Assembly (NCBI GenBank): GCA_021803945.1 | Contig: JAJZKW010000001.1 | Span: 77,127 to 141,126 of the forward strand | Source of the DNA: Candidatus Micrarchaeota archaeon | GTDB taxonomy: Archaea; Micrarchaeota; Micrarchaeia; Micrarchaeales; CABMGC01 | DNA length: 64,000 nt | Direction of reading: 5' to 3' | In this document: positions 16,362-25,485 of the stretch, in pieces | How the letters are laid out: each line of letters begins with the position of its first letter | Numbering within the stretch: the stretch's first letter is position 1 | Notes under the pieces: model-generated | Databases searched by the model: none | What the model was told of the DNA's origin: nothing | What the model saw: the letters and a program-made list of their open reading frames with translations, nothing else | Translations under genes and position numbers: made by a program

Positions 16362-17339
16362 CTAATTATCGATATGGCTTTCCGAAGTCTCTCCATCCGC
16401 CTCTTTGCGCGCAATATCAAAACCCTTCTCAAGGACGGAGATGGCATATCCTATATTCCCTGCCTTAACATATTTACCTGCTATTACCTGTATCTGCTTG
16501 TGTGCTTCCTCGTAATTGCCCATGATTGCTGACAGCTCAGCTGCGCGCTTTTCGAATTCTAAAGCATGTCGAGCCGCACCTGGATACCTCTTGTCTTCAA
16601 CCAGCCTATTTTCCATATCTGCCATCTCAAACGCCCCTATCAACGCCGATTCGCGCAGCCTTTTTGCACCTCTGATATTACCGGACTGATATAGGAGGTC
16701 TGACACCCTTTCACTCTCCACTAACACATTCATCATTAACCTCTCCGCGAAGCCAGATCTGTATAGGCCAGCGTCATGGTATCTCTTCGCTATATTTATA
16801 ACCGTATTAAAAGCCTCGTCATACTCGCCAAAAAGGACCATGAATGATAGCTGTGCATTCCTATATGCCACTGCTTCGGCGCAGGAAGCATCTATATCTG
16901 ATTTGGCTTTGGTCAGCGCTGCTGCACGGTCTTTAAGGGTTAGGTCTCTGAGTTTAGATATCGCTGTAATTGCTGCCGTGTTCCCGTCAGGATGTGATTC
17001 CCTATATAATTCCTTGAATTCTGCTATGTCCTGCCTGGCGGATTTATACCTCTCAAATATGTTTTTTTCTAAGACCTCAGCTTTTGAACGGAGGATGTCG
17101 AGGGTTTCCATTCGGGTATCATCCGCCTCTTTCTTCATGCCTGCCATGGACTGCACCATGGCTAAATCCCCCCTCAGATGTATTAGTGCGGCAACTCCCT
17201 TGAAGTCAAGGTTGTCCGGGTTTATGCCCTCCAGCTTTTTCCGGTATAACGGTACCATTTGGTAGGCGTACCAGGCAGACATAATGCCATTTTTTTGCAA
17301 AGCAAGTTTACCTGCAGGTGGCTTGACAGATTCCATCAC
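16362..17339 (-). CDS. All-alpha TPR/SNAP-like repeat protein, paralog A (unknown function)
   Basis: 325-aa ORF. Alignable by eye with the neighbouring 326-aa ORF: VPLYRKKLEGI / IPLYQKKIQGL, and DASCAEAVAYR...FGEYDEAFNTVINIAKRYHDA / DSRCDEVITYR...IGDYERAFETAFNTMAKYNDA. Confidence 0.5.
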   Translation of the reverse strand: MMESVKPPAGKLALQKNGIMSAWYAYQMVPLYRKKLEGINPDNLDFKGVAALIHLRGDLAMVQSMAGMKKEADDTRMETLDILRSKAEVLEKNIFERYKSARQDIAEFKELYRESHPDGNTAAITAISKLRDLTLKDRAAALTKAKSDIDASCAEAVAYRNAQLSFMVLFGEYDEAFNTVINIAKRYHDAGLYRSGFAERLMMNVLVESERVSDLLYQSGNIRGAKRLRESALIGAFEMADMENRLVEDKRYPGAARHALEFEKRAAELSAIMGNYEEAHKQIQVIAGKYVKAGNIGYAISVLEKGFDIARKEADGETSESHIDN

Positions 17340-17399
17340 ATCAACAGCATATTTCCAGTTTGTTTCAATCGCTTATCGTTCCTTCATTATTGCCAATAA

Positions 17400-18380
17400 T
17401 TAATCGCGGCCTATGGACTTAAACCCTGTCAGCTTATCCGTTTCAAAACTGCTAGAATCCAGCGCTATCCCAAAATCCAGGAGGGATATGGCGATATCGT
17501 CATTGCTCTTTTTAGCATGCTTATCTGCAGCTGTTTTGATATAACTGTAAGCTTCGCCTTCTCTCCCCAGGCGCATTAATATCATTGCCACGTGCTTTTC
17601 CAGCTCTGCCTCGAGGCTTACAATATCAGGGATGTTATCAGCCAATTTCCCAACTATCGACACTGATTCCTCTGCACTTTTCAACGAGATCTCCAGGAGC
17701 TTTAATGCTTCCGGAACTCTCTTTTCACTGGCCAGGAAGGCTGCTACGTCTTCGCTATTGGCTACCAATCCAATCATAAACGCCTCGGCAGGTCCGAATA
17801 TGCTGGCATCGTTGTATTTTGCCATCGTGTTGAACGCAGTTTCGAAGGCTCTTTCATAATCGCCAATGAGGAGCATCATTGTTGCCGATATAACCCTATA
17901 TGTTATGACTTCGTCGCAGCGACTATCCATATCCTCCCTTTCTTCTTCTATGGACTTTTGAAGCTCTTCAAGCCTGTGCCAGGAGAACTCCGACGCCGCT
18001 GAGGCAATTGCTCTGTTGCCACCTGCCGATATCGAATCATGTAATTCCTTTGCTGTCTTTTCATGCTGCTTTTCAACGCCTGCCTTTTTGAACATATCTT
18101 CCTCTAATGCATTGACTTTTGAATCAATAATGCGCACCGATTCGGCCCTTGTAGCAACGGATTCGCTTATCATGCCCAAACTATATTGAAGTGAGGCTAT
18201 TCTGTCACGGTCCTGGATTAAATCGATACCGCGTTTTGAATCTAGCCTAGCAAGGTCCAAGCCCTGTATCTTCTTTTGGTATAATGGTATCAACTGCTGC
18301 AGGTATTCCCGCTCTCTTGCGCTTAACCCGCGCTTTTCTGGGTTGCCTTGCAGCACCTTTACGCTTGCCATCCTAACCAA
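17400..18380 (-). CDS. All-alpha TPR/SNAP-like repeat protein, paralog B (unknown function)
   Basis: 326-aa ORF, tandem paralog of 16362-17339 (see that feature). Confidence 0.5.
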   Translation of the reverse strand: MVRMASVKVLQGNPEKRGLSAREREYLQQLIPLYQKKIQGLDLARLDSKRGIDLIQDRDRIASLQYSLGMISESVATRAESVRIIDSKVNALEEDMFKKAGVEKQHEKTAKELHDSISAGGNRAIASAASEFSWHRLEELQKSIEEEREDMDSRCDEVITYRVISATMMLLIGDYERAFETAFNTMAKYNDASIFGPAEAFMIGLVANSEDVAAFLASEKRVPEALKLLEISLKSAEESVSIVGKLADNIPDIVSLEAELEKHVAMILMRLGREGEAYSYIKTAADKHAKKSNDDIAISLLDFGIALDSSSFETDKLTGFKSIGRD

Positions 18381-18481
18381 TAAGACATATCTTGATTTGT
18401 TTAAAAGCGTTTTCTACAGGTTTTGAATACGATGCACTGGAGATGGCATTACTATAAATTATTTGTTATTTATATCCAATC

Positions 18482-19033
18482 ATGGAGGTCTTATTTGTCA
18501 CTTCAAACAGGAACAAGGTCAGGGAAGCCAGCAGCATCCTAGGGTTCGGGGTGAAAGGCTGCAACATGGAGCTCGAGGAGATACAGTCTTCCCATGTTGA
18601 AGAAGTCGCAAAACACAAAGCGCTGTACGCTTTCGTCAAGCTTGCATGCCCTGTAGTTGTTGAAGACACGGGTCTGTTTATAGAAGGGCTCGGAGGATTT
18701 CCCGGGCCTTTGGCAAAGTGGACAATAAATGGGATTGGACACGAGGGCATATGCAGAGTTGTGGATAGATGTGCCAATAGGAAGGCATACGCCGAGACAT
18801 GCGCTGCGTTCTATGACGGAAAATCCCTGAAGGCGTTCACAGGCAGTATACATGGGACAATAGCTATGCATCCAAAGGGACATGGAAATTTCGGGTGGGA
18901 CAGTATCTTTATACCGGCGGGACACAGAAGGACATTTGCAGAAATGACAATGAAGGAAAAGGCTGCGACATCGATGAGAACCAGGGCATTCCTTAAGCTT
19001 GGCCATTTCCTTAGGGGCAAGAAGTCGATTTGA
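18482..19033 (+). CDS. Non-canonical purine NTP pyrophosphatase (HAM1/RdgB/ITPase)
   Basis: 183-aa ORF. FVTSNRNKVREA...EEIQS...VVVEDTGLFIEGLGGFPGP...FGWDSIF motifs. Confidence 0.8.
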   Translation: MEVLFVTSNRNKVREASSILGFGVKGCNMELEEIQSSHVEEVAKHKALYAFVKLACPVVVEDTGLFIEGLGGFPGPLAKWTINGIGHEGICRVVDRCANRKAYAETCAAFYDGKSLKAFTGSIHGTIAMHPKGHGNFGWDSIFIPAGHRRTFAEMTMKEKAATSMRTRAFLKLGHFLRGKKSI

Positions 19034-19073
19034 ACCTTTTTATAGTTTTGATTTGTAATAGTTTTGTGGTTTA

Positions 19074-19946
19074 TTGCTGCCTGAATGGCTTTCTATAAGG
19101 CCTGCGTCAACTGAAAAGTATGGGAGCATAAAGAACACGATAACCTCTCTTGGCCTCCATACTGTATGCATAGAGGCACACTGCCCTAACATGAGTGAAT
19201 GCTGGAGCGGAGGCACGGCGACATTCATGATACTTGGGGACTTATGCACCAGGGGTTGCACGTTCTGTGCGGTTCGCAAAAGCGCAAAGGGTGCTCTGAT
19301 CGACCCAAGCGAGCCAGAGAAGCTCGCAAAAGTAGTCAAGGAATGGGGGTTAGACTATATAGTGATAACGTCAGTGGCGCGTGATGACCTTTCAGACCAG
19401 GGTTCTTCCCACTTCGCAGATTGCGTATCTGAGATAAAAAAGGTCAATCCGAACACCTTGGTAGAAGTTCTTATACCGGACTTCAGAGGAGACCTGGACT
19501 GCCTGAAGAACATATCAAAATCGCATCCAGATGTCATAGGCCACAATATTGAGACGGTAGAGAGGCTTACGCCATATGCAAGGGACAGGCGGGCGGATTA
19601 CAGGCAGTCATTGCGCGTATTGAGCAATTCAAAGGCAATCGACGAGAAGATATACACAAAGTCTGCGATTATGCTCGGGATAGGGGAGAAAGAGGAAGAG
19701 GTAATGACTGCAATGAATGACCTGCGCGATGCTGACGTAGATTTTCTGGCCATAGGGCAGTATCTCAGGCCTAGCCAGCACCATATCGAAGTAAAGGAAT
19801 ACATACGCCCAGAAAGGTTTGCGCAGCTTAAGGATGTCGCGCTGCGGCTAGGTTTCAAGTATGTAGCTGCAGGCCCATTCGTTAGAAGCTCATACAAGGC
19901 AGGAGAATATTTCACTAAATCGATAATATCTGCATCTAAGGCATAA
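19074..19946 (+). CDS. lipA: Lipoyl synthase (radical SAM)
   Basis: 290-aa ORF. CIEAHCPNMSECW auxiliary cluster motif and radical-SAM CTRGCTFCAV. Confidence 0.85.
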   Translation: MLPEWLSIRPASTEKYGSIKNTITSLGLHTVCIEAHCPNMSECWSGGTATFMILGDLCTRGCTFCAVRKSAKGALIDPSEPEKLAKVVKEWGLDYIVITSVARDDLSDQGSSHFADCVSEIKKVNPNTLVEVLIPDFRGDLDCLKNISKSHPDVIGHNIETVERLTPYARDRRADYRQSLRVLSNSKAIDEKIYTKSAIMLGIGEKEEEVMTAMNDLRDADVDFLAIGQYLRPSQHHIEVKEYIRPERFAQLKDVALRLGFKYVAAGPFVRSSYKAGEYFTKSIISASKA

Positions 19947-19956
19947 CGGCAGGAAG

Positions 19957-20709
19957 TCACCTGCTGAAATTCCACGCATCTGAAGAATAGGTCTTTGATA
20001 GGTATATTGCCGCATTGAGCTCACTGCCGCTTAGGAATCCGACCTCGCACTCCTTGTTGGCAGTTATCCCGTTCATTACTGCCCTGTACAACTCTTCGAA
20101 CGACGACCCTGACTTCGAATGGACGGATGTGACCCGCTCCTCAGCATTCTTTATCATCTTATCAGATATCTTCTCCTTGCTGACATTAAGAACCGAAAAC
20201 ATTTTCGCTATGTCAAGCTTGTATAGAATTGTGCCGTGCTGCAAAAGCACGCCCTCCCTCCTAGTCTGCGCGTTTCCCGATATCTTCTTCCCGTTAACCG
20301 ATATGTCGTTTATCGGAGAAAATTGTGCATCTATGCCAATGGACTCGAGCCCGTTTATTATCCATCCGCATATTACGGCATAACTCTCCTTTATGTCTCT
20401 AGGGAAGAGCGATTCCGGTGCTATGAGGCTGTAAGTGAGTTCTCCTTCGCTGTCGTGGTATACTGCTCCTCCTCCTGTTATCCTCCTTACATAGTCCACT
20501 CCCAGGCTCTTGCATACATCTATGTTGACTTCATCCCTCATGCTCTGGAATCTTCCTATGGACACTGCACTTGGGTTCCATTTGTAGAACCGTATTGTTG
20601 GCTTGGACGAGCCAGCCTTCACCCCTTCGATTATTGCCTCGTCTATCCCCATGTTCATGAAGGCGCTATTTTGCTCAAGTCCTATCAGTCTCCAGGCCAC
20701 CATTGTCAT
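19957..20709 (-). CDS. lplA: Lipoate-protein ligase A, catalytic (N-terminal) subunit
   Basis: 250-aa ORF. TIRFYKWNPSAVSIGRFQ...RRITGGGAVYHD...GKKISGNAQ. ATGA overlap with the upstream LplB-like gene. Confidence 0.8.
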   Translation of the reverse strand: MTMVAWRLIGLEQNSAFMNMGIDEAIIEGVKAGSSKPTIRFYKWNPSAVSIGRFQSMRDEVNIDVCKSLGVDYVRRITGGGAVYHDSEGELTYSLIAPESLFPRDIKESYAVICGWIINGLESIGIDAQFSPINDISVNGKKISGNAQTRREGVLLQHGTILYKLDIAKMFSVLNVSKEKISDKMIKNAEERVTSVHSKSGSSFEELYRAVMNGITANKECEVGFLSGSELNAAIYLSKTYSSDAWNFSR

Positions 20710-21005
20710 CCACCATTGCCTATTGCGAGGAATATGGCTTCTGCTATTGAATCAGGAGTCACTCCTATAAACTCAGCGTGATTCAGATGCGCAGCACGAG
20801 CCACTCTGGTTGCAATGCCTTCCTTGCCCTCGCTTATGCTTGCGCCACTAATCGATTTTTCGATTTCGACTAAAGCCTCCTCCGGGTTTATAAAGAAATC
20901 GCCAAGGATCTGTATCTTCTCAATGCTTTTGTCGAAAGTCAGCTTAACAGAGACGAGTTTTCCTCCTGGAACCTTCAATTTGGCTGCTCCGTACAAGGTG
21001 AACAC
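20706..21005 (-). CDS. lplB: Lipoate-protein ligase accessory (C-terminal domain) subunit, LplB-like
   Basis: 99-aa ORF immediately upstream of and overlapping lplA. GGKLVSVKLTF...IQILGDFFINPEE resembles the LplA C-terminal domain, as in the Thermoplasma split ligase. Confidence 0.6.
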   Translation of the reverse strand: MFTLYGAAKLKVPGGKLVSVKLTFDKSIEKIQILGDFFINPEEALVEIEKSISGASISEGKEGIATRVARAAHLNHAEFIGVTPDSIAEAIFLAIGNGG

Positions 21006-21011
21006 CTGTTT

Positions 21012-22262
21012 TTACCTTATCACTACCTTATCAGATATCTCGGTTATCCTGTCGACTCCGTATGTCACAGGGTTTCCGAAGCTGGTGTTTATTATGACCT
21101 TCCCTCGCTTGACATCCACTTTCGTGATCTTGCCTATCATAACCCCAAGCTCGTTGACAACGTTCTTCCCATTGAGCTTGCTTGACATCAGCACGCGCCT
21201 CCTCAGAAAGCTTGCAAATGACGATATTGCGATGCCGAATACTATTGCAAGTATTATGAAGAGCAGCAGTTGGCCGAAATATATCTGTGCGCTGATCCAC
21301 GCAGTAAACGAATACAGCAGCACCCACAGTATCAAGGATGAGCCGAGATATATGCCGTACTTGAATGTCCTGAAGACATGCTTTGTCGACCTGATGTCTA
21401 TTATCCTGCCTACAAGCAACAGGATCAGCGCTATGGGCACTATCACAAGGAAGCCCTCTATGGTATTAGTGATTGCAAGCGGTTTGTTGCTTGTCACCGA
21501 CATTGTTGAAGAGTAGTTCCCGTATGCTATGAACAACCCTGCAACTATGAATAGCAGGGAGCTGAGGTAAAAGGCGAAGCTCATCCTATCGACACTGAAC
21601 CCAAATCCCTTAAACGAATTCAGGAATCCCTCTTCGAGGCCGAAGCCTTTAATCAGTAGGTAAAACCCTATAATGGCTATTGGCAATACCCACCCTGCGC
21701 CTATGAGGTAGCTCACAGCGAACAGCAGTAGGAGGAGTGCCGGGAGACCGAAGACTATCCTTGAATAGTGGGGCTCCTTCAGCTTTTCCAGTATAGTGAA
21801 ATAGGTATTCTCAAAGCTCTCGGCCTGCTTCAGGGTTACTACCTGCACGCTGTTTATCTTTATCCTTGAATTTATTATCGGCATTATCCTCTGGTCGCTT
21901 GCACCGTCTGTTACAAGTATGCATGCATCGCTCTTGTTCTGCTCCAGGACAAGGTCGAGCTGCCTCGCAATCTCTGCATCAGCATGGTACCCTTCGAGCT
22001 CCGATCCGGTTACTGTAGCCACATTTACAAGATATCCGTCCTCCCTCAATTCATCGTATAGCTTTATGGCATAGAACATCGTATTGGAGTCAGGGTCCTC
22101 CGGATCTGCAAGCGCCAGCTTCTCCGCCCCGTTTAGCAGCTGCTGTTTGCCTATAAGCGGACCGGTTATCCTGGTCTTCCTGAAAAGATCGTTGTCGATG
22201 TCTATCGCTAGGATAAGAAGCCTTTCTTCCTTGCTGCCTGTCCTGCGTTTGGAGTCTGCCAT
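21012..22262 (-). CDS. DUF373 family archaeal membrane protein
   Basis: 416-aa ORF. Soluble N-terminal ~170 aa (LILAIDIDNDL...ILVTDGASD) followed by multiple TM helices and a C-terminal beta-rich domain. Confidence 0.55.
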   Translation of the reverse strand: MADSKRRTGSKEERLLILAIDIDNDLFRKTRITGPLIGKQQLLNGAEKLALADPEDPDSNTMFYAIKLYDELREDGYLVNVATVTGSELEGYHADAEIARQLDLVLEQNKSDACILVTDGASDQRIMPIINSRIKINSVQVVTLKQAESFENTYFTILEKLKEPHYSRIVFGLPALLLLLFAVSYLIGAGWVLPIAIIGFYLLIKGFGLEEGFLNSFKGFGFSVDRMSFAFYLSSLLFIVAGLFIAYGNYSSTMSVTSNKPLAITNTIEGFLVIVPIALILLLVGRIIDIRSTKHVFRTFKYGIYLGSSLILWVLLYSFTAWISAQIYFGQLLLFIILAIVFGIAISSFASFLRRRVLMSSKLNGKNVVNELGVMIGKITKVDVKRGKVIINTSFGNPVTYGVDRITEISDKVVIR

Positions 22263-22383
22263 TTAGCTCTGGATTATTATGTAATACAATGTTTATATTC
22301 CTTCCCCGTCGGACAGGGGATGCCTGGGTTTCGTCCTGCCCAAACGGGAAAATCGGGTATTTGAAACGTGAGGGCCATATCCC

Positions 22384-24162
22384 TCATATGTCTTTTAGCT
22401 CCAGATTATAGTCATTTTCGAGCCTCTTTTGATCTATTGCCGTTGGAGACATGTCAACCGAAGACTCGAACCTTTTGTTTTTTGGGAAGAGTATGAAGTC
22501 CCTTATATTTCCCGAGCCTGCAAGCATGGCAGTTATCCGGTCCAGACCGAGTCCCATTCCGCCTTCCGGAGGCGCCCCGTATGACAAGGCTTCTATAAAG
22601 AAACCAAATGATTTATCCACAGCCGAATCGCTCATTCCGAACAGTTCCATTATCTTCCTTTGCATTTTTGGATCGTTTATCCTTATCGCACCACTCCCGA
22701 GCTCGTTTCCATTGAGAACAAGGTCATATTGCCTTCCGCGGACCTTCTCGGGGCTCTTGTCCAAGAACTTGATTGTCGAGGCCGTTGGCGATGTGAATGG
22801 GTTATGCGCCGGCAATAGTTTTCCGGTCACTTCGTCAGCCTCAAACAGAGGGAACTCGTCTACCCATACAAATGAATATTCCGTATTGAAAATCCCTATT
22901 CTGCCGCCTATTGATTTTCTAAGCCTTCCAAGCGCGTCAAGCAATACCTTCTCCGATAAGTCTGCGCCTATTATTATGATATCGCCCTCCTTGGCATCGA
23001 GCTTTCTGAGTATGCCAGTTTCACACTCCCTGAGGCTGTTTGCTATGCTTTCAGGATCAGATCTTATGGCATTGTCCTTGACATATAGCCATGTCAGGCC
23101 CCTCAGGCCAAACAGCTTCGCAAGGGCTATCATCTTCTGCATATAATTTTTGTCTATACTGCCTTCATTCCCGTCGAATTTTGCGTCAAATGCCACTGCC
23201 TTGACGTATCCTCCAGCCTCTACCACTCTCTTAACAACATTGTAGTCTGTGCCCTTCAGCTCGTTTGTTATGTCTGTTATCTTATTGTCAAAGCGCAGGT
23301 CCGGTTTGTCGCTCCCGTACATCCTCATTGCGTCTTCATATTTCATGTGCAAAAACGGGCGTTTTAGCTCCCTGCCCAATACCTCATTGAATATGTTAAC
23401 GAACATCCGCTCTACAATGTCCTGTATGTATTTCTCGTCTTTGAAAGCCACTTCAAAGTCTATCTGCGTGTGCTCGAGCTGCCTATCTTCCCTTGGGTCC
23501 TCGTCCCTGAAGCACCTGGCGATCTGGAAGTATTTGTCGAATCCCGCAATCATTAGTATCTGCTTGTATATCTGGGGCGATTGCGCAAGAGCATAGAATT
23601 CCCCCTTTTCCTGCCTTGACGGGACAATAAGCGTCCTTGAGCCAGTCTCATAATTGTCCTTGACGAGATAGGGTGTCTCCAGTTCCATGAAACCGTTTTC
23701 CCAGAAAAACCTCCTTATCGCTTTCGTTATCTTATCCCTGAATATCATGTTGCTGATCATGGGCTTCCTGCGGAGGTCAAGGTACCTGTACCTAAGCCTG
23801 AGCTCCTCGTTTGCAAGGAACCTGCCTTTCTCATCTATCAATTCAAAGGGAGGGACTGCGGATTCGCTTATCACATCCATAGACTTAACGTAAACTTCAA
23901 CCCTGCCTGTGGGATTTGTTTGGTCGACTGTGTCTTCATCCCTCTTCTCAACGGTTCCGCTTATGCGTATGACATACTCTTTCCCTAGCTTGTCAGCCTC
24001 TTTTTTTATCCCTTTTTCGAAAACGAGCTGTGTAGAGCCGTGCATGTCGGAAAGGTCAACGAATAGCTTTCCGCCATGATCCCGTATGTACCTACACCAC
24101 CCGTATAACGTGACTTGCGCGCCTATGTGGCTCTCGTTCAGGTCACCGCAGCTGAATTCCAT
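22384..24162 (-). CDS. aspS: Aspartyl-tRNA synthetase, bacterial type (with GAD insertion domain)
   Basis: 592-aa ORF. GWCRYIRDHGGKLFVDLSD OB fold; FRDEDPREDRQLEHTQID motif 2; a long insertion between motifs 2 and 3; GNELGSGAIRI and PPEGGMGLGLDRI. Lies 39 nt downstream of gatB on the same strand. Confidence 0.85.
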   Translation of the reverse strand: MEFSCGDLNESHIGAQVTLYGWCRYIRDHGGKLFVDLSDMHGSTQLVFEKGIKKEADKLGKEYVIRISGTVEKRDEDTVDQTNPTGRVEVYVKSMDVISESAVPPFELIDEKGRFLANEELRLRYRYLDLRRKPMISNMIFRDKITKAIRRFFWENGFMELETPYLVKDNYETGSRTLIVPSRQEKGEFYALAQSPQIYKQILMIAGFDKYFQIARCFRDEDPREDRQLEHTQIDFEVAFKDEKYIQDIVERMFVNIFNEVLGRELKRPFLHMKYEDAMRMYGSDKPDLRFDNKITDITNELKGTDYNVVKRVVEAGGYVKAVAFDAKFDGNEGSIDKNYMQKMIALAKLFGLRGLTWLYVKDNAIRSDPESIANSLRECETGILRKLDAKEGDIIIIGADLSEKVLLDALGRLRKSIGGRIGIFNTEYSFVWVDEFPLFEADEVTGKLLPAHNPFTSPTASTIKFLDKSPEKVRGRQYDLVLNGNELGSGAIRINDPKMQRKIMELFGMSDSAVDKSFGFFIEALSYGAPPEGGMGLGLDRITAMLAGSGNIRDFILFPKNKRFESSVDMSPTAIDQKRLENDYNLELKDI

Positions 24163-24201
24163 CAGAAATCAGATAAGAACTCCTAGCCCATGTATTTAAG
24201 C

Positions 24202-25485
24202 TTATTCTCCAAGCACAAGGGCAAGCCTTTCGGCGACGTGTTTCGGGCTCACTTTGTACTTCTTGATCACTATTCCAACGATCGAATTGAACACTTTTTT
24301 ATTAGTTTTATACTCCTTTACAAGATCCGGCCTCTGCGATAATACGTTTAATATCTCCCTGTCTATCTCTTCCGTGCTGACTCCGTGCTTTTCGGCCTCA
24401 ACGTCTTCTCCGTCATTCAGTGCTGCTATGGCATCGTCATCGAGCACTATCCCTTTATCCAGCAAATCAAGCATCTTTCCAAAGCCCTTTTCAGGCATGC
24501 GTATCTTCCCTCGCCTCTTGAGGACCTCTATAGCATTTATTACGGTCTCTATATTGCTCTGTCCTGCTCCGTATTGAATTAACTTTAGCGCTTCTCTGTC
24601 AAACATTACAAGCTCTTTTATCGTCTTAATGGTCTCCTTGCGTTTTCCTGAATACTGCTTTGCCAGTTCGCTTGCTATTACTGTAGCATAAGGGATTATC
24701 CCATTTGTAGGATAAACTGCCAGGTCCGGCTCGTATATGAATCCGTACTCTTCATCGGTCTCCTTCTCCCTTGAAGGGACAGTAGACATCGTCTCTTCGC
24801 TGTAGGACCGCGTCTCAGTGGCCACTCTTTTGTTGCTTGCTATCAGTTCCTCCTGCCTCTTTTCCTCAAACCTCTCTGCATCAACAAGGTTCTTTATCCC
24901 GGTTATGTTCTTTATCTCCACTTTTTCTGCCCCTACAGATATGTTAAGGTCTACCTTCATCTCCTTGTCTATATCCACCCCTGCATAGAAGAGTATGCTT
25001 CTGAGCTCGCTCATAAACTCACGCAGCTCGGCCTCGCTCTCTATGTCAGGCTCCGTCACTATCTCGTTCAATGCCACCCCGGACCTGTTGAAATCAAGTA
25101 GGGAATAATCATCCGCATGTATTATCCTTGCCGGATCCTCTTCAATCTGAACTCTCCGTATCCTGATCCTTTTTCTTTCTATGTCTACATAGCCGCAGTG
25201 CCCTATCGCACCTTCGAGTTGGGTTATCTGGTATGACTTCGGTAGGTCGGGGTAGAAATAGACCTTCCTTATGAAATGCGTCTTTTCATTCACCTTGCAA
25301 TGGACAGCTTTGGCTATGGTCACAGACCGTTTCAAAGCCTCCTCGTTTAGCATTGGCCTTGAACCCGGGAAGCCAAGGCATGTTGGGCATATGGCAGTGT
25401 TGGGCTCCTCTGCTCCTGAGCTGCAACTGCAGAAGAGTTTGCTCTTCGTAGGCAAGGCAACATGCACTTCAAGGCCTATCTTCAT
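24202..25485 (-). CDS. gatB: Asp/Glu-tRNA amidotransferase subunit B
   Basis: MKIGLEVHVALPTKSKLFCSC...CPTCLGFPG. I place the start at Met17 of the track ORF (25485), which forms an ATGA overlap with the gatA stop (tcat at 25482-25485 verified). Confidence 0.85.
   Translation of the reverse strand: MKIGLEVHVALPTKSKLFCSCSSGAEEPNTAICPTCLGFPGSRPMLNEEALKRSVTIAKAVHCKVNEKTHFIRKVYFYPDLPKSYQITQLEGAIGHCGYVDIERKRIRIRRVQIEEDPARIIHADDYSLLDFNRSGVALNEIVTEPDIESEAELREFMSELRSILFYAGVDIDKEMKVDLNISVGAEKVEIKNITGIKNLVDAERFEEKRQEELIASNKRVATETRSYSEETMSTVPSREKETDEEYGFIYEPDLAVYPTNGIIPYATVIASELAKQYSGKRKETIKTIKELVMFDREALKLIQYGAGQSNIETVINAIEVLKRRGKIRMPEKGFGKMLDLLDKGIVLDDDAIAALNDGEDVEAEKHGVSTEEIDREILNVLSQRPDLVKEYKTNKKVFNSIVGIVIKKYKVSPKHVAERLALVLGE

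Noticed and set aside
20815-21516. 233-aa plus-strand ORF
   Set aside because: Antisense to lplB and the DUF373 gene, Ser/Leu/Thr-rich with no motifs. It is a shadow ORF.
22451-23146. 231-aa plus-strand ORF
   Set aside because: Antisense to the strongly supported bacterial-type aspS. Low-complexity Ser/Pro-rich.
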